A stretch of DNA of 56,506 nucleotides, taken from Puniceicoccales bacterium (lineage in GTDB: Bacteria > Verrucomicrobiota > Verrucomicrobiia > Opitutales > JAIRKQ01). Both the position numbers and the translations under genes were made by a program. The notes below the pieces were generated by a model. The model was not told where the DNA came from. It made no database searches and worked only from the letters and a program-made list of their open reading frames with translations. The first letter of the stretch is position 1; each line of letters opens with the position of its first letter. Location of the stretch: assembly GCA_031284015.1 (NCBI GenBank), contig JAITAS010000067.1:1-56506 (forward strand), read 5' to 3'. Shown piece by piece: positions 21,348 through 29,500 of this stretch.

Positions 21348-22226
21348 GTGAAGGTGATCATATCAAGTATTTCTGGATTTTGTGGTGGAGTAAAACACGC
21401 CATAAGGCTGGCCCATAATGCATGTAAGCGGTGTGTTGGCAGGGTATATGTTGCCGGTGAGCTTGTGCACAATAAAGAAGTCATGGAAAATATTGAGGCT
21501 GCTGGTATAAAATTGTTTAGGGACGATGATTGGGGAAAAATTACCGCCCGAGATAGTCTTCTAATACGTGCCCATGGATGCCCTAGAGACAAATGTGCCA
21601 AGTTGCGCAAGATTTTTGACATGATTATTGATGGGACTTGTCCGCACGTTGTGAGTGTATCAAAAATGATAGAACGTAGAGCTGGGGAGGGGAAACACAT
21701 AATAATAATCGGAAGCGCATCTCATCCAGAGGTGCAAACGCTAGCAAGTTTTGCAAAAAATGGGAAAACTCACATAATAAGTTCGGAAGAAGAATTAGAT
21801 CATTTGAAAGGAAGTATGGATCAAGCGTTAGTGGTTGCCCAATCCACCATTGATGAAAGCTTTTTCTTGAATCTTGCCAGCAAAATTTCTAAAACATACC
21901 CCCATGCTGAAGTAAAAAACACCATTTGCGGTTCATCACGCAGACGTCAACAAGCCATCTTAGATCTTAAAAAAGAAGGTGCGCAAGCTATTGTTATTGT
22001 TGGGGGAAGGCACTCCAACAATACTTGCGTATTGGCACAAATCACCCAAAGAGTCGGTTTACCCGCATTTCATGTTGAAACTGTCACAGATGTACCGATT
22101 GAAAAATTAAAAGTTTTTCAAATCATTGGGATTGCAAGCGGGGCATCAACGGATGAGAAAACAACAAAGCAAGTGGTTGCAGCAGTCATGGCATTGGAAA
22201 ACCAAAAGGAAAAATTTCCCCATTAA
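21348..22226 (+). CDS. ispH: 4-hydroxy-3-methylbut-2-enyl diphosphate reductase
   Basis: 292 aa. LytB/IspH motifs (GFCGGVKHAI, RAHGCP, GTCPHV, SSNT-like HSNNT). Confidence 0.92.
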   Translation: MKVIISSISGFCGGVKHAIRLAHNACKRCVGRVYVAGELVHNKEVMENIEAAGIKLFRDDDWGKITARDSLLIRAHGCPRDKCAKLRKIFDMIIDGTCPHVVSVSKMIERRAGEGKHIIIIGSASHPEVQTLASFAKNGKTHIISSEEELDHLKGSMDQALVVAQSTIDESFFLNLASKISKTYPHAEVKNTICGSSRRRQQAILDLKKEGAQAIVIVGGRHSNNTCVLAQITQRVGLPAFHVETVTDVPIEKLKVFQIIGIASGASTDEKTTKQVVAAVMALENQKEKFPH

Positions 22227-22341
22227 ATTTAAACAATACGGTTTTGGTTTTACGATTTTTTAATTGTTTTAAAAGAAAGTTTAAACGAGTGATAAACATT
22301 TTCTTGCATTGAAATAAAAAATATGCATCTTCTATGTTCAA

Positions 22342-23451
22342 ATGAGTAAGTGTTTGTTAAAAACAATATGTATTGTGGCAGCAATAGGCAGTTCAGGATG
22401 CCAATCAATAGGTCCCAAGGTTATTGAACAGTCCCATTCTCAGTATAATAGTGCTGTTGTTTCAGCCATAGATAACCAATTGTTAACGAATATTGTGCGC
22501 TTAAAATATCGAGAAAATCCCCTTTTCTTGGAGGTTAGTAGCATAACGGAATCACGTAATTCCGGATTCGACAGTGGCTTCAAATCCGTCGAATGGTTTC
22601 CACAAGATTCTAGTAGTACAAAACTCGTGCCAACCTTTTTACTGAAAAATTACCAAATACCAACAATTTCTTATCGTCCAGTACGAGGGAAGGAATTTAT
22701 AAAATATATGATGACGCCAATTCCATTGAGTGTGACCCTTGGCATGTCATCCTCTGGATGGAAGTTGCAGAGGGTATTTAACATGTGCATTGAAAAAATA
22801 AACGATGTAGAAAATGCTCCAAGTGCCTCGGGACCGACACCACGCAATAAACCGAACTATGAAAAGTTCTATGAAATGACAGATTTGCTCAAGAAACTAG
22901 AAGATGCCAACCTTATCGCCATTGGAATTGACCCCGATAATCGACAGGGCTTGATTTTGCGCATAAAGCAAAGTGCAACTAATAGCACAACCAATAATAA
23001 AGATATTACCAAATTTAAACAAATTCTTGGCCTTGACCAAAATAAAAATGAGTTTTTCTTTGATAGTAACTTTTTGAAAACTAGCAGCAATGGTTTGGTT
23101 GTTCGTACACGGTCGCTAATGGGGATTTTATTTTACCTATCCCATGCCGTTGATGTTCCTGTCGAGGATATAGATAATGGCGTGGTCCAAACAACGGTTA
23201 TGGAAGATGGCTCTGTGTTTGATTGGTCGCAAAATGCCAGTGGTACCTTGTTGAAAGTGCATTGCTCTAAAGAGAAACCAAATAATGCTTTTGTTGCTAC
23301 ATACTATCGTGGTCATTGGTTTTTCATTGAAGATAATGATTTACATTCGAAATCCACATTCATGTTTGTTTCAATGTTATTCAGCCTTCAGGCTGGAGAA
23401 GCTTCTTCCTCCGATGTTGTTCCGATGTTGACAATCCCTGTTGGAAGGTAA
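22342..23451 (+). CDS. Conserved hypothetical lipoprotein
   Basis: 369 aa. Signal peptide with lipobox (AAIGSSGC). No recognisable catalytic motif. Followed by a clear terminator. Confidence 0.7.
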   Translation: MSKCLLKTICIVAAIGSSGCQSIGPKVIEQSHSQYNSAVVSAIDNQLLTNIVRLKYRENPLFLEVSSITESRNSGFDSGFKSVEWFPQDSSSTKLVPTFLLKNYQIPTISYRPVRGKEFIKYMMTPIPLSVTLGMSSSGWKLQRVFNMCIEKINDVENAPSASGPTPRNKPNYEKFYEMTDLLKKLEDANLIAIGIDPDNRQGLILRIKQSATNSTTNNKDITKFKQILGLDQNKNEFFFDSNFLKTSSNGLVVRTRSLMGILFYLSHAVDVPVEDIDNGVVQTTVMEDGSVFDWSQNASGTLLKVHCSKEKPNNAFVATYYRGHWFFIEDNDLHSKSTFMFVSMLFSLQAGEASSSDVVPMLTIPVGR

Positions 23452-23502
23452 TTCTTGCCAGTGGACTGATGTCGATTTCGGGATAAAGAAAAATTTAACA
23501 TT

Positions 23503-23528
23503 GCCTTCCTAAATAGGAAGGCTTTTTT
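23503..23528 (+). terminator. Rho-independent terminator
   Basis: Perfect 8-bp stem gccttcct/aggaaggc with loop aaat, followed by tttttt. Lies 52 nt after the lipoprotein stop codon. Confidence 0.75.
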
Positions 23529-23540
23529 AAGCCGAAAAAT

Positions 23541-24431
23541 ATGCTAAAGTTTTCTTCGAAGATCTTGTCCAATGAAAAAGCAAATTCAGTTGGCGAATTT
23601 TTAAGCGACCAAGAATTAGTCTATTGGAGTGTAGAAAAAGATTGCTTACGTGATGAATACTTTTTATGCGGCTACATTTCCGATGAGCAAATTGGTCATA
23701 AAGATTTCGCAAAAATAAAGTCAGTTTTTGGCGATATAAAAGACGTCAAAGTTACGACGATAAATCCTTCCGATTGGGAAGAGGTATATAAAAAATCTGC
23801 CAAAATTTGGAAGTGCGAAGACTTGTATTGGGTCCCAGCTTTCATGAAAGATACAGTTGAGATTCCCGAGGGCGGGGTTGGGGTATATATAGAGCCTGGA
23901 ATGGCATTTGGATCGGGGACTCATGAGACTTCGCAGCTGTGTGCTCGTGCATTGGTAATGTTCAAAAGCTTATATACAAAGACCAATGATTTGATAATAA
24001 AAAGTTGCATCGATGCTGGATGTGGTTCCGGAATATTGGGTATTTCAGCCTTAAAGTTGGGTTTGGTCCATGCAACATTTATCGATATTGATACGGATGC
24101 AATACGAATTAGCAGAGAAAATGCATTGGCTAATGGACTGTTCCCTGACCAAATGGACTTTGTCATCGGTGATATTAAGATTGGTTTGCTTGGCAGGCAA
24201 GCAGATTTATTGATGGTAAATATTTTATCCGATATACTCGTGGAAAATGCTGATTTGTTGGTGAGTTCCGTAAAACCCGGTGGGTTATTATGCGTGAGTG
24301 GAATTTTGAAGGATGAAAAATTCGATGTGGCTTCTGAATTTACAAAATTTACAAAAAAAAGATGGGAATCTGTGGTAGAAAGCTCCATGGATGATAGAGA
24401 ATGGTCACTCTTGGCATATTTTCGCGGATGA
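23541..24431 (+). CDS. prmA: Ribosomal protein L11 methyltransferase
   Basis: 296 aa. GMAFGSGTHETSQLC and the SAM-binding DAGCGSGILGI motif. Confidence 0.9.
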   Translation: MLKFSSKILSNEKANSVGEFLSDQELVYWSVEKDCLRDEYFLCGYISDEQIGHKDFAKIKSVFGDIKDVKVTTINPSDWEEVYKKSAKIWKCEDLYWVPAFMKDTVEIPEGGVGVYIEPGMAFGSGTHETSQLCARALVMFKSLYTKTNDLIIKSCIDAGCGSGILGISALKLGLVHATFIDIDTDAIRISRENALANGLFPDQMDFVIGDIKIGLLGRQADLLMVNILSDILVENADLLVSSVKPGGLLCVSGILKDEKFDVASEFTKFTKKRWESVVESSMDDREWSLLAYFRG

Positions 24432-24473
24432 ATTTACTTGCTTTAGAGGTGAAACAAAACATATATTGGCCCC

Positions 24474-24881
24474 ATGAAAATATCAATGTTTAGAATTTGG
24501 TTGGCGTGTTTAATTTCCTGTATACTTCTAGTCATTACCGGATGTACTCAAACAAGTGGGACATTGGGAGGTGCTGCCATTGGAACGGGTGCCGGTGCTG
24601 GAATAGGATATTCAATCGGTGGTAAAGGGGGAGCCATTATTGGAGGCGCAATAGGAGGCTTAGCAGGTGGAGCGCTAGGCAATGAAGTTGGAGCTGAAAG
24701 GGAACAGGCAGAATCCACAAAGACTTCAAATGTTGCCTCCAGAGATCAGACGGTTGTTCATACCTATGACAATTCATTGGAAGCCGAAAGGCAAAGAATT
24801 GAAATTGAGCGTCAACGGGTTGAATTGGAAAAAGAAAAACTTGAGCTCGAAAAAACAAGGCGAGATCTATTTCGCTACTAA
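24474..24881 (+). CDS. Glycine-zipper lipoprotein with C-terminal coiled coil
   Basis: 135 aa. Lipobox LVITGC, a Gly-zipper stretch (GGAAIGTGAGAGIGYSIGGKGGAIIGGAIGGLAGGALG), then an ERQRIEIERQRVELEKEKLELEK coiled coil. Confidence 0.75.
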   Translation: MKISMFRIWLACLISCILLVITGCTQTSGTLGGAAIGTGAGAGIGYSIGGKGGAIIGGAIGGLAGGALGNEVGAEREQAESTKTSNVASRDQTVVHTYDNSLEAERQRIEIERQRVELEKEKLELEKTRRDLFRY

Positions 24882-24900
24882 AAGGTTAGCATGGGGCAAT

Positions 24901-26475
24901 ATGTCAGGCAAAAAAGATAACATCGTTGATTTGAGTGAATTAGAAAATTTTTCCTTTCAACCAAAATGGGAGAAGCAGAAAATAGAAGACCTTCTCCATC
25001 CATACGCACAAGAGAACAAAAGAAGTTTTCACAAACCGAAATATGCTGGCAATGGTGTAGAGTTCAGAAAAAATCCTTGGCAACCAAGGACTGAAGGTAG
25101 AAATTTTTTTCAGAAAAAGACCCGGTTTCAAAGGCCTAATGGTCCAGATCGCGACGGACACAGCAAGGATAGGGGACTGTTAAAAACGCAAAGTTTTTAT
25201 CGCCGTTTTGAACCGATAGTCGATGTCGAATTTTATCCCAATGATGCAGTTTTTGATGCCATAGTGTCTGCTTTGAAGTCCACGCACAAGACCTATGAGC
25301 TGTTTTCTGTTGCCAGGCTGTTTCTGGAAAAGCCAGAACGATTTGCGATGGTGGTAAAGAAAAAAGATACCCAGGAAGACAAACGCCTCTATCAGACTAC
25401 GTACGACAATTTTATTTTTGAGACCGAAAGTGCTGCGATTGATCATATTCTAGAAAATTGCGTAGAGAAATACTTTGATGTCGAAGAGCGTGAAGTACCA
25501 CCCCCGGTGGGCAAGTTTATTTGCTTGCACAAATGTGGCATGACAGGGAAAATTTTGTGTCCACCGAATTATCACAAATACCAGGAAATTTTGCTAGACC
25601 ATCATGATAGATTTCTCTCACGCGTTCCTTTTGAAAAGTTTAAAGCTAGGATAGAAAAAGTTACTGCTCCGGAAGAAATAGAAATTTGGAAGACCGAATC
25701 TTCAAAAATACGAATTTTCATTCCAAGGGGACAGGAAGAATCCGTCGAAAAAATGGAATTAAAATCCGCTGGGGAGGTAAAAAATTATTTCGTTAAACAC
25801 CTCAAAAACAAGCTTGTTATACCATATAATTCGGTACGAGTTTCCGGGGAAACGGTTAGTCGAATGCCGAAAAGTTTGTTGAACAAGTCAATGTTTGTAC
25901 TGATTAGAAAAGAAAAATTTTTTCCATTAGGGCTTTCGAATAACTTGCGGGGACGTTTGCGTCGTTCTGGTTTCACAATTTACAAAATTGGAAACAAGCC
26001 GGGCATTAGTTACACTTCTGGGATTAAACGTAAATTTAGGACAGCCGATGATTTTTTTGCAGACAACATTCAAAAAATGATTGCCATCATAGATGCTAAC
26101 CCGAAAATATCCATCACCTCCTTGTATTTACAACATACACAGGGTGACTCTGGGATTCCAACAGACGGTTTCAATGGGACGGATGTTCAAGCACTCGCTT
26201 CGGTATCCCAAGAATTTTCCGCGAGTACGGAAAATGCAACTGTACCCACACTAACTACTTCAGAAGGATCCATGGACCGGGAGTTTTTCAAAAACTTACA
26301 TTGGTTGATCCGCGAAGGATATGTTGCAGAGTTTGAAGATGGGACGTTGGTTTCCACCGAAATAATCGAACGGCATAAACAACCTGTGGCAAAAGTAGGA
26401 ATAGACGAGGAAGTTGTTGTAGAATCAACAAATGTAAGCGTTGAAAATGAAGTTGAATCGGGACAATCCGATTAG
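24901..26475 (+). CDS. Hypothetical protein with a basic N-terminal region and an acidic C-terminus
   Basis: Long uninterrupted ORF. ATG 24901 is chosen because the upstream in-frame extension (from 24682) overlaps the lipoprotein gene. No motif I can assign. Contains a Cys cluster (FICLHKCGMTGKILCPPNYH). Confidence 0.6.
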   Translation: MSGKKDNIVDLSELENFSFQPKWEKQKIEDLLHPYAQENKRSFHKPKYAGNGVEFRKNPWQPRTEGRNFFQKKTRFQRPNGPDRDGHSKDRGLLKTQSFYRRFEPIVDVEFYPNDAVFDAIVSALKSTHKTYELFSVARLFLEKPERFAMVVKKKDTQEDKRLYQTTYDNFIFETESAAIDHILENCVEKYFDVEEREVPPPVGKFICLHKCGMTGKILCPPNYHKYQEILLDHHDRFLSRVPFEKFKARIEKVTAPEEIEIWKTESSKIRIFIPRGQEESVEKMELKSAGEVKNYFVKHLKNKLVIPYNSVRVSGETVSRMPKSLLNKSMFVLIRKEKFFPLGLSNNLRGRLRRSGFTIYKIGNKPGISYTSGIKRKFRTADDFFADNIQKMIAIIDANPKISITSLYLQHTQGDSGIPTDGFNGTDVQALASVSQEFSASTENATVPTLTTSEGSMDREFFKNLHWLIREGYVAEFEDGTLVSTEIIERHKQPVAKVGIDEEVVVESTNVSVENEVESGQSD

Positions 26476-26529
26476 TGTTGGGTACAGGACCCATAAGAAG
26501 AGTATTGACACTGCTAGCAAGAAACGAAA

Positions 26530-26989
26530 TTGGAGGCTCCAACGATGGAGCAGATAATAGAAGAGGCATTTGAACGAATGAAGCAATATTTTCCGAAATG
26601 GCGTGGAAAGCCGCGGGTGGATGATCGCAGGGTAATCAGCGGAATAGTGTACGTTCTCCATAATGGACTGAAGTGGAGAGACGCGCCAAGGGAATATGAG
26701 CCCTATAAGACGCTCTACAACCGCTTTGTACGGTGGAGCAAGGCAGGAATATTTGCCAAAATATTGCAAATTGGCCAAAGAAAAAACAACGATTCTAATG
26801 ATAGATGCAACGCATCTAAAAGTTCAACGGTCCTACGACGATGACTTGCATAAGCGACGCCATAAAATTGAAAACATGTTCGCTAAATTGAAGGATTGGC
26901 GCCCCATTGCCACTCGTTACGACCGCTCTGCTCACATCTTCCTCTCCGCCGTTTGCATCGCCTATTTTATTTGGGTTTTTGAGGACTGA
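26530..26989 (+). mobile_element. Decayed IS5-family (IS427/IS1031-like) transposase remnant
   Basis: Two overlapping frames. The N-terminal part (RGKPRVDDRRVISGIVYVLHNGLKWRDAPREYEPYKTLYNRFVRWSKAGIF) and C-terminal part (MIDATH...RHKIENMFAKLKDWRPIATRYD) together give about 150 aa, against about 250 aa for intact relatives. No terminal inverted repeats recognised. Confidence 0.75.
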
Positions 26990-26991
26990 CC

Positions 26992-27345
26992 CTAAGGAAC
27001 ATACTCATATAGATATGCCAAAGTTTCTCTGTGTACGTCAGGATATCCTTTTATTTTGAGAGTCCAGAGCTTAAGAGTGGTATTTACGTTCTTTACCTCA
27101 CATGTTGCTTTGAAACTCAGATGCGGATAAAACAGACAATGAACTTCTTTTTCTGCCCTCAGTTCTTCCCTGTGGGTCATGCAATTGTCGATATCAGCTA
27201 TCAGGGCTACGGCCGTTCGATCAACCTTGGGGGTTGTTGCATGTTCCATAAAGCACTTTACTATGACCAAGGCAGTGCTTGTAAAAAGTGCGACGGCACA
27301 GAGAACCTCCAACAAAGAAAAAGCTTTCCGATTTATAGTTTTCAT
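26992..27345 (-). CDS. Minor pseudopilin (GspI-like)
   Basis: 117 aa. Prepilin-type N-terminus MKTINRKA/FSLLEVLCAVALFTSTALVIV with Glu at +5. Confidence 0.7.
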   Translation of the reverse strand: MKTINRKAFSLLEVLCAVALFTSTALVIVKCFMEHATTPKVDRTAVALIADIDNCMTHREELRAEKEVHCLFYPHLSFKATCEVKNVNTTLKLWTLKIKGYPDVHRETLAYLYEYVP

Positions 27346-27347
27346 TT

Positions 27348-27887
27348 TTAGTATATCTGTATTTGTGCATTTTTGTCTATGGTAAAATATCGCGTTTTAC
27401 CATCAAACAAAAATTTCAATTGGAAAGGGGTAAAAAATTTTTCTTTGAAAATCACCTGTTCAGGCTTTATACTGCCTCCTTCTATGAAGTTAGCCATGAA
27501 TCCATCTGAATCTGCACACCTTTGAGGGAAGTCCAAAAGTTTGCAATCCGTAATGCCAGGATCAAATTCTTTGTGAATATATTCTACTCTGCCTGGTGTC
27601 GGTTTACACTCTAATTCTATCACATATTTTTCTCTATTTGGCTTGAGACTGAAAGTAACCAAGCTATCGGAAGCTATCGAATGTAATCTTGCGAGGAATA
27701 TGGCTTCCGATAGGGCAATTTTTGCCTTGTAAACTGCATCTTCTTTAAATTTAAATGGTTTAAATATGAAACATGTCATAAATGTTGCCATTATTGCCAG
27801 GGTAAATAGCAGTTCTACTATTGAAAATCCAGATTGCTGTTTGTTTGTCCCCATGGTATTTTTGATAAATAAAGCACCAAGCGTCAT
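27348..27887 (-). CDS. Minor pseudopilin (GspH/FimT-like)
   Basis: Prepilin cleavage/methylation motif QQSG/FSIVELLFTLAIMATF. The true start may be the internal ATG at 27854 (MGTNKQQSG leader). Confidence 0.7.
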   Translation of the reverse strand: MTLGALFIKNTMGTNKQQSGFSIVELLFTLAIMATFMTCFIFKPFKFKEDAVYKAKIALSEAIFLARLHSIASDSLVTFSLKPNREKYVIELECKPTPGRVEYIHKEFDPGITDCKLLDFPQRCADSDGFMANFIEGGSIKPEQVIFKEKFFTPFQLKFLFDGKTRYFTIDKNAQIQIY

Positions 27888-27922
27888 TGGTGCTTTTGTT
27901 GGATAAATAATCCTTGAGTTTT

Positions 27923-28315
27923 TTAAAGAGACAAATATGGAGCTAATTCAACCTTATATGCTTTGACACCTGCTTTGTCTGCCTTGCCATCCTTTTTTGG
28001 ACTTATGTCCACTTCGGTACCGCTTACCGTAAATGTATACTCTTCTTTGAAGGGGTCACTCATATTAGTAAGTCCAAGGAATCCTGCAGTGATATCTGTG
28101 CCCTTCGTCGGCATTACGCCTGTTTTGGATACCTTTGCTATTAAGGCTGTGGCAATTCTTCCACCCATATCTAACCTTGTTTGCTGTACTAAAGCTGCTT
28201 CACGCCCAGTGCCAATACCTTTCGTAAGGGTGATAAGTACACCTGACAAGATGGCAAGGACAATCAGTATTTCAATCATGGTAAGACCACGACTTTGTTT
28301 GCTTAAAATATTCAT
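27923..28315 (-). CDS. Major pseudopilin / type IV pilin-like protein (GspG-like)
   Basis: Leader MNILSKQSRG followed by LTMIEILIVLAILSGVLI (Glu +5). The ORF track starts at 28354; the ATG at 28315 gives a normal short leader. Confidence 0.75.
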   Translation of the reverse strand: MNILSKQSRGLTMIEILIVLAILSGVLITLTKGIGTGREAALVQQTRLDMGGRIATALIAKVSKTGVMPTKGTDITAGFLGLTNMSDPFKEEYTFTVSGTEVDISPKKDGKADKAGVKAYKVELAPYLSL

Positions 28316-28357
28316 AGTAGGGGAGCATTGTATTGGGCGAATATTTGCTGTCAAGTT

Positions 28358-29500
28358 TTAATTTAAAATTTTTGTAAAAGTTTTGTAAATTTTTGCCCGA
28401 GGAACGTTTTTTGCAATACATTTTTTATTTTGATAGATGGACAGTGTTCCATTTGGATTACCAATAATTGCAAAGTCGGCATTCCCTGCTTCTCCCAGAC
28501 CATTTACCATACACCCCATCACGGCAATCTTCAAATTTCTAGCATTTGGTATTTTTTCCAATTTGGTTTTTAATTCCCCAAGAACAGCTTGAATGTCGTA
28601 TGACGTCCGACCACACGATGGACATGCGATGAACTCTATGCCATAGCGTCTTACGCCACAGGCTTGCAAAATATTCTTGGCAACTTCTATTTCCTTAATC
28701 GGATCTTCCGTTAATGAAACCCGTATGGTATCTCCGACGCCATCTGCCAGGAGACTTCCTATTCCGATTGCTGACTTTATGCGTGCATAGTCACCATTCC
28801 CACTTTCCGTGATCCCCAAGTGAATTGGGTAACGTCCTCCAATTTCATCGAGCTTGGAACAAGCTAGACGGTTGGCAGCTATCATTTCCCTCGTATCACT
28901 TGCTTTGAATGATAGGACGATATCCTCAAATTGAACTTCTTCGGCTACTTCGAGACATTCCTTTGCGCTTTCCCACATTGCGGTATCCCTGTTCCCAAAT
29001 TTATAGATGATTCTAGGTGCCAGAGACCCGTGGTTAATCCCGATCCTAACGGGTTTTTTCAAATTTTTCGCCCTTTGAAAAAATAACCTCAGGTATTTTT
29101 GCAACTTACCCTTTTCCACAAGAAATTCGTCGTCCGAAAAAGGTTGTATCGTTGACAGTTTGTCGGAAAAATTTCCTGCATTGATCCGAACTTTATCAGC
29201 TACTTCTAGGCAGTCCAATGCGATTGCTGGAGAAAAATGAACATCAGCTACCATGGGAATAGGGATATTTTTGGCACGCAGAGCCTTTCCAATCTCGGCA
29301 AAAAACTTTACATCTGCCAGAGTGGTTACCGCCAATCGGACAATCTCGCACCCACATTCGAACAATTTGCAGATTTGGTACACATTGCCTTCTACATTTC
29401 TCGTAGGGATATTTGTCATCGATTGGATACGAATATCATTGGTACCTCCGACACCGATATTGCCAATGGTTACTTCTCTTGTTTGCCTGCGTTTAGTCAT
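28358..29500 (-). CDS. ispG: 4-hydroxy-3-methylbut-2-en-1-yl diphosphate synthase
   Basis: 380 aa. GcpE motifs (IRIQSMTN, VRINAGN, IACPSCGRT, MGCMVNGLGE). Confidence 0.93.
   Translation of the reverse strand: MTKRRQTREVTIGNIGVGGTNDIRIQSMTNIPTRNVEGNVYQICKLFECGCEIVRLAVTTLADVKFFAEIGKALRAKNIPIPMVADVHFSPAIALDCLEVADKVRINAGNFSDKLSTIQPFSDDEFLVEKGKLQKYLRLFFQRAKNLKKPVRIGINHGSLAPRIIYKFGNRDTAMWESAKECLEVAEEVQFEDIVLSFKASDTREMIAANRLACSKLDEIGGRYPIHLGITESGNGDYARIKSAIGIGSLLADGVGDTIRVSLTEDPIKEIEVAKNILQACGVRRYGIEFIACPSCGRTSYDIQAVLGELKTKLEKIPNARNLKIAVMGCMVNGLGEAGNADFAIIGNPNGTLSIYQNKKCIAKNVPRAKIYKTFTKILN

Noticed and set aside
24682-24900. A 73-codon upstream extension of the 524-aa ORF, making a 597-aa ORF that overlaps the glycine-zipper lipoprotein gene.
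   Set aside because: The extension lies entirely in an alternate frame of the lipoprotein's repetitive coiled-coil region. An ATG at 24901, just past the lipoprotein stop, is the more parsimonious start.
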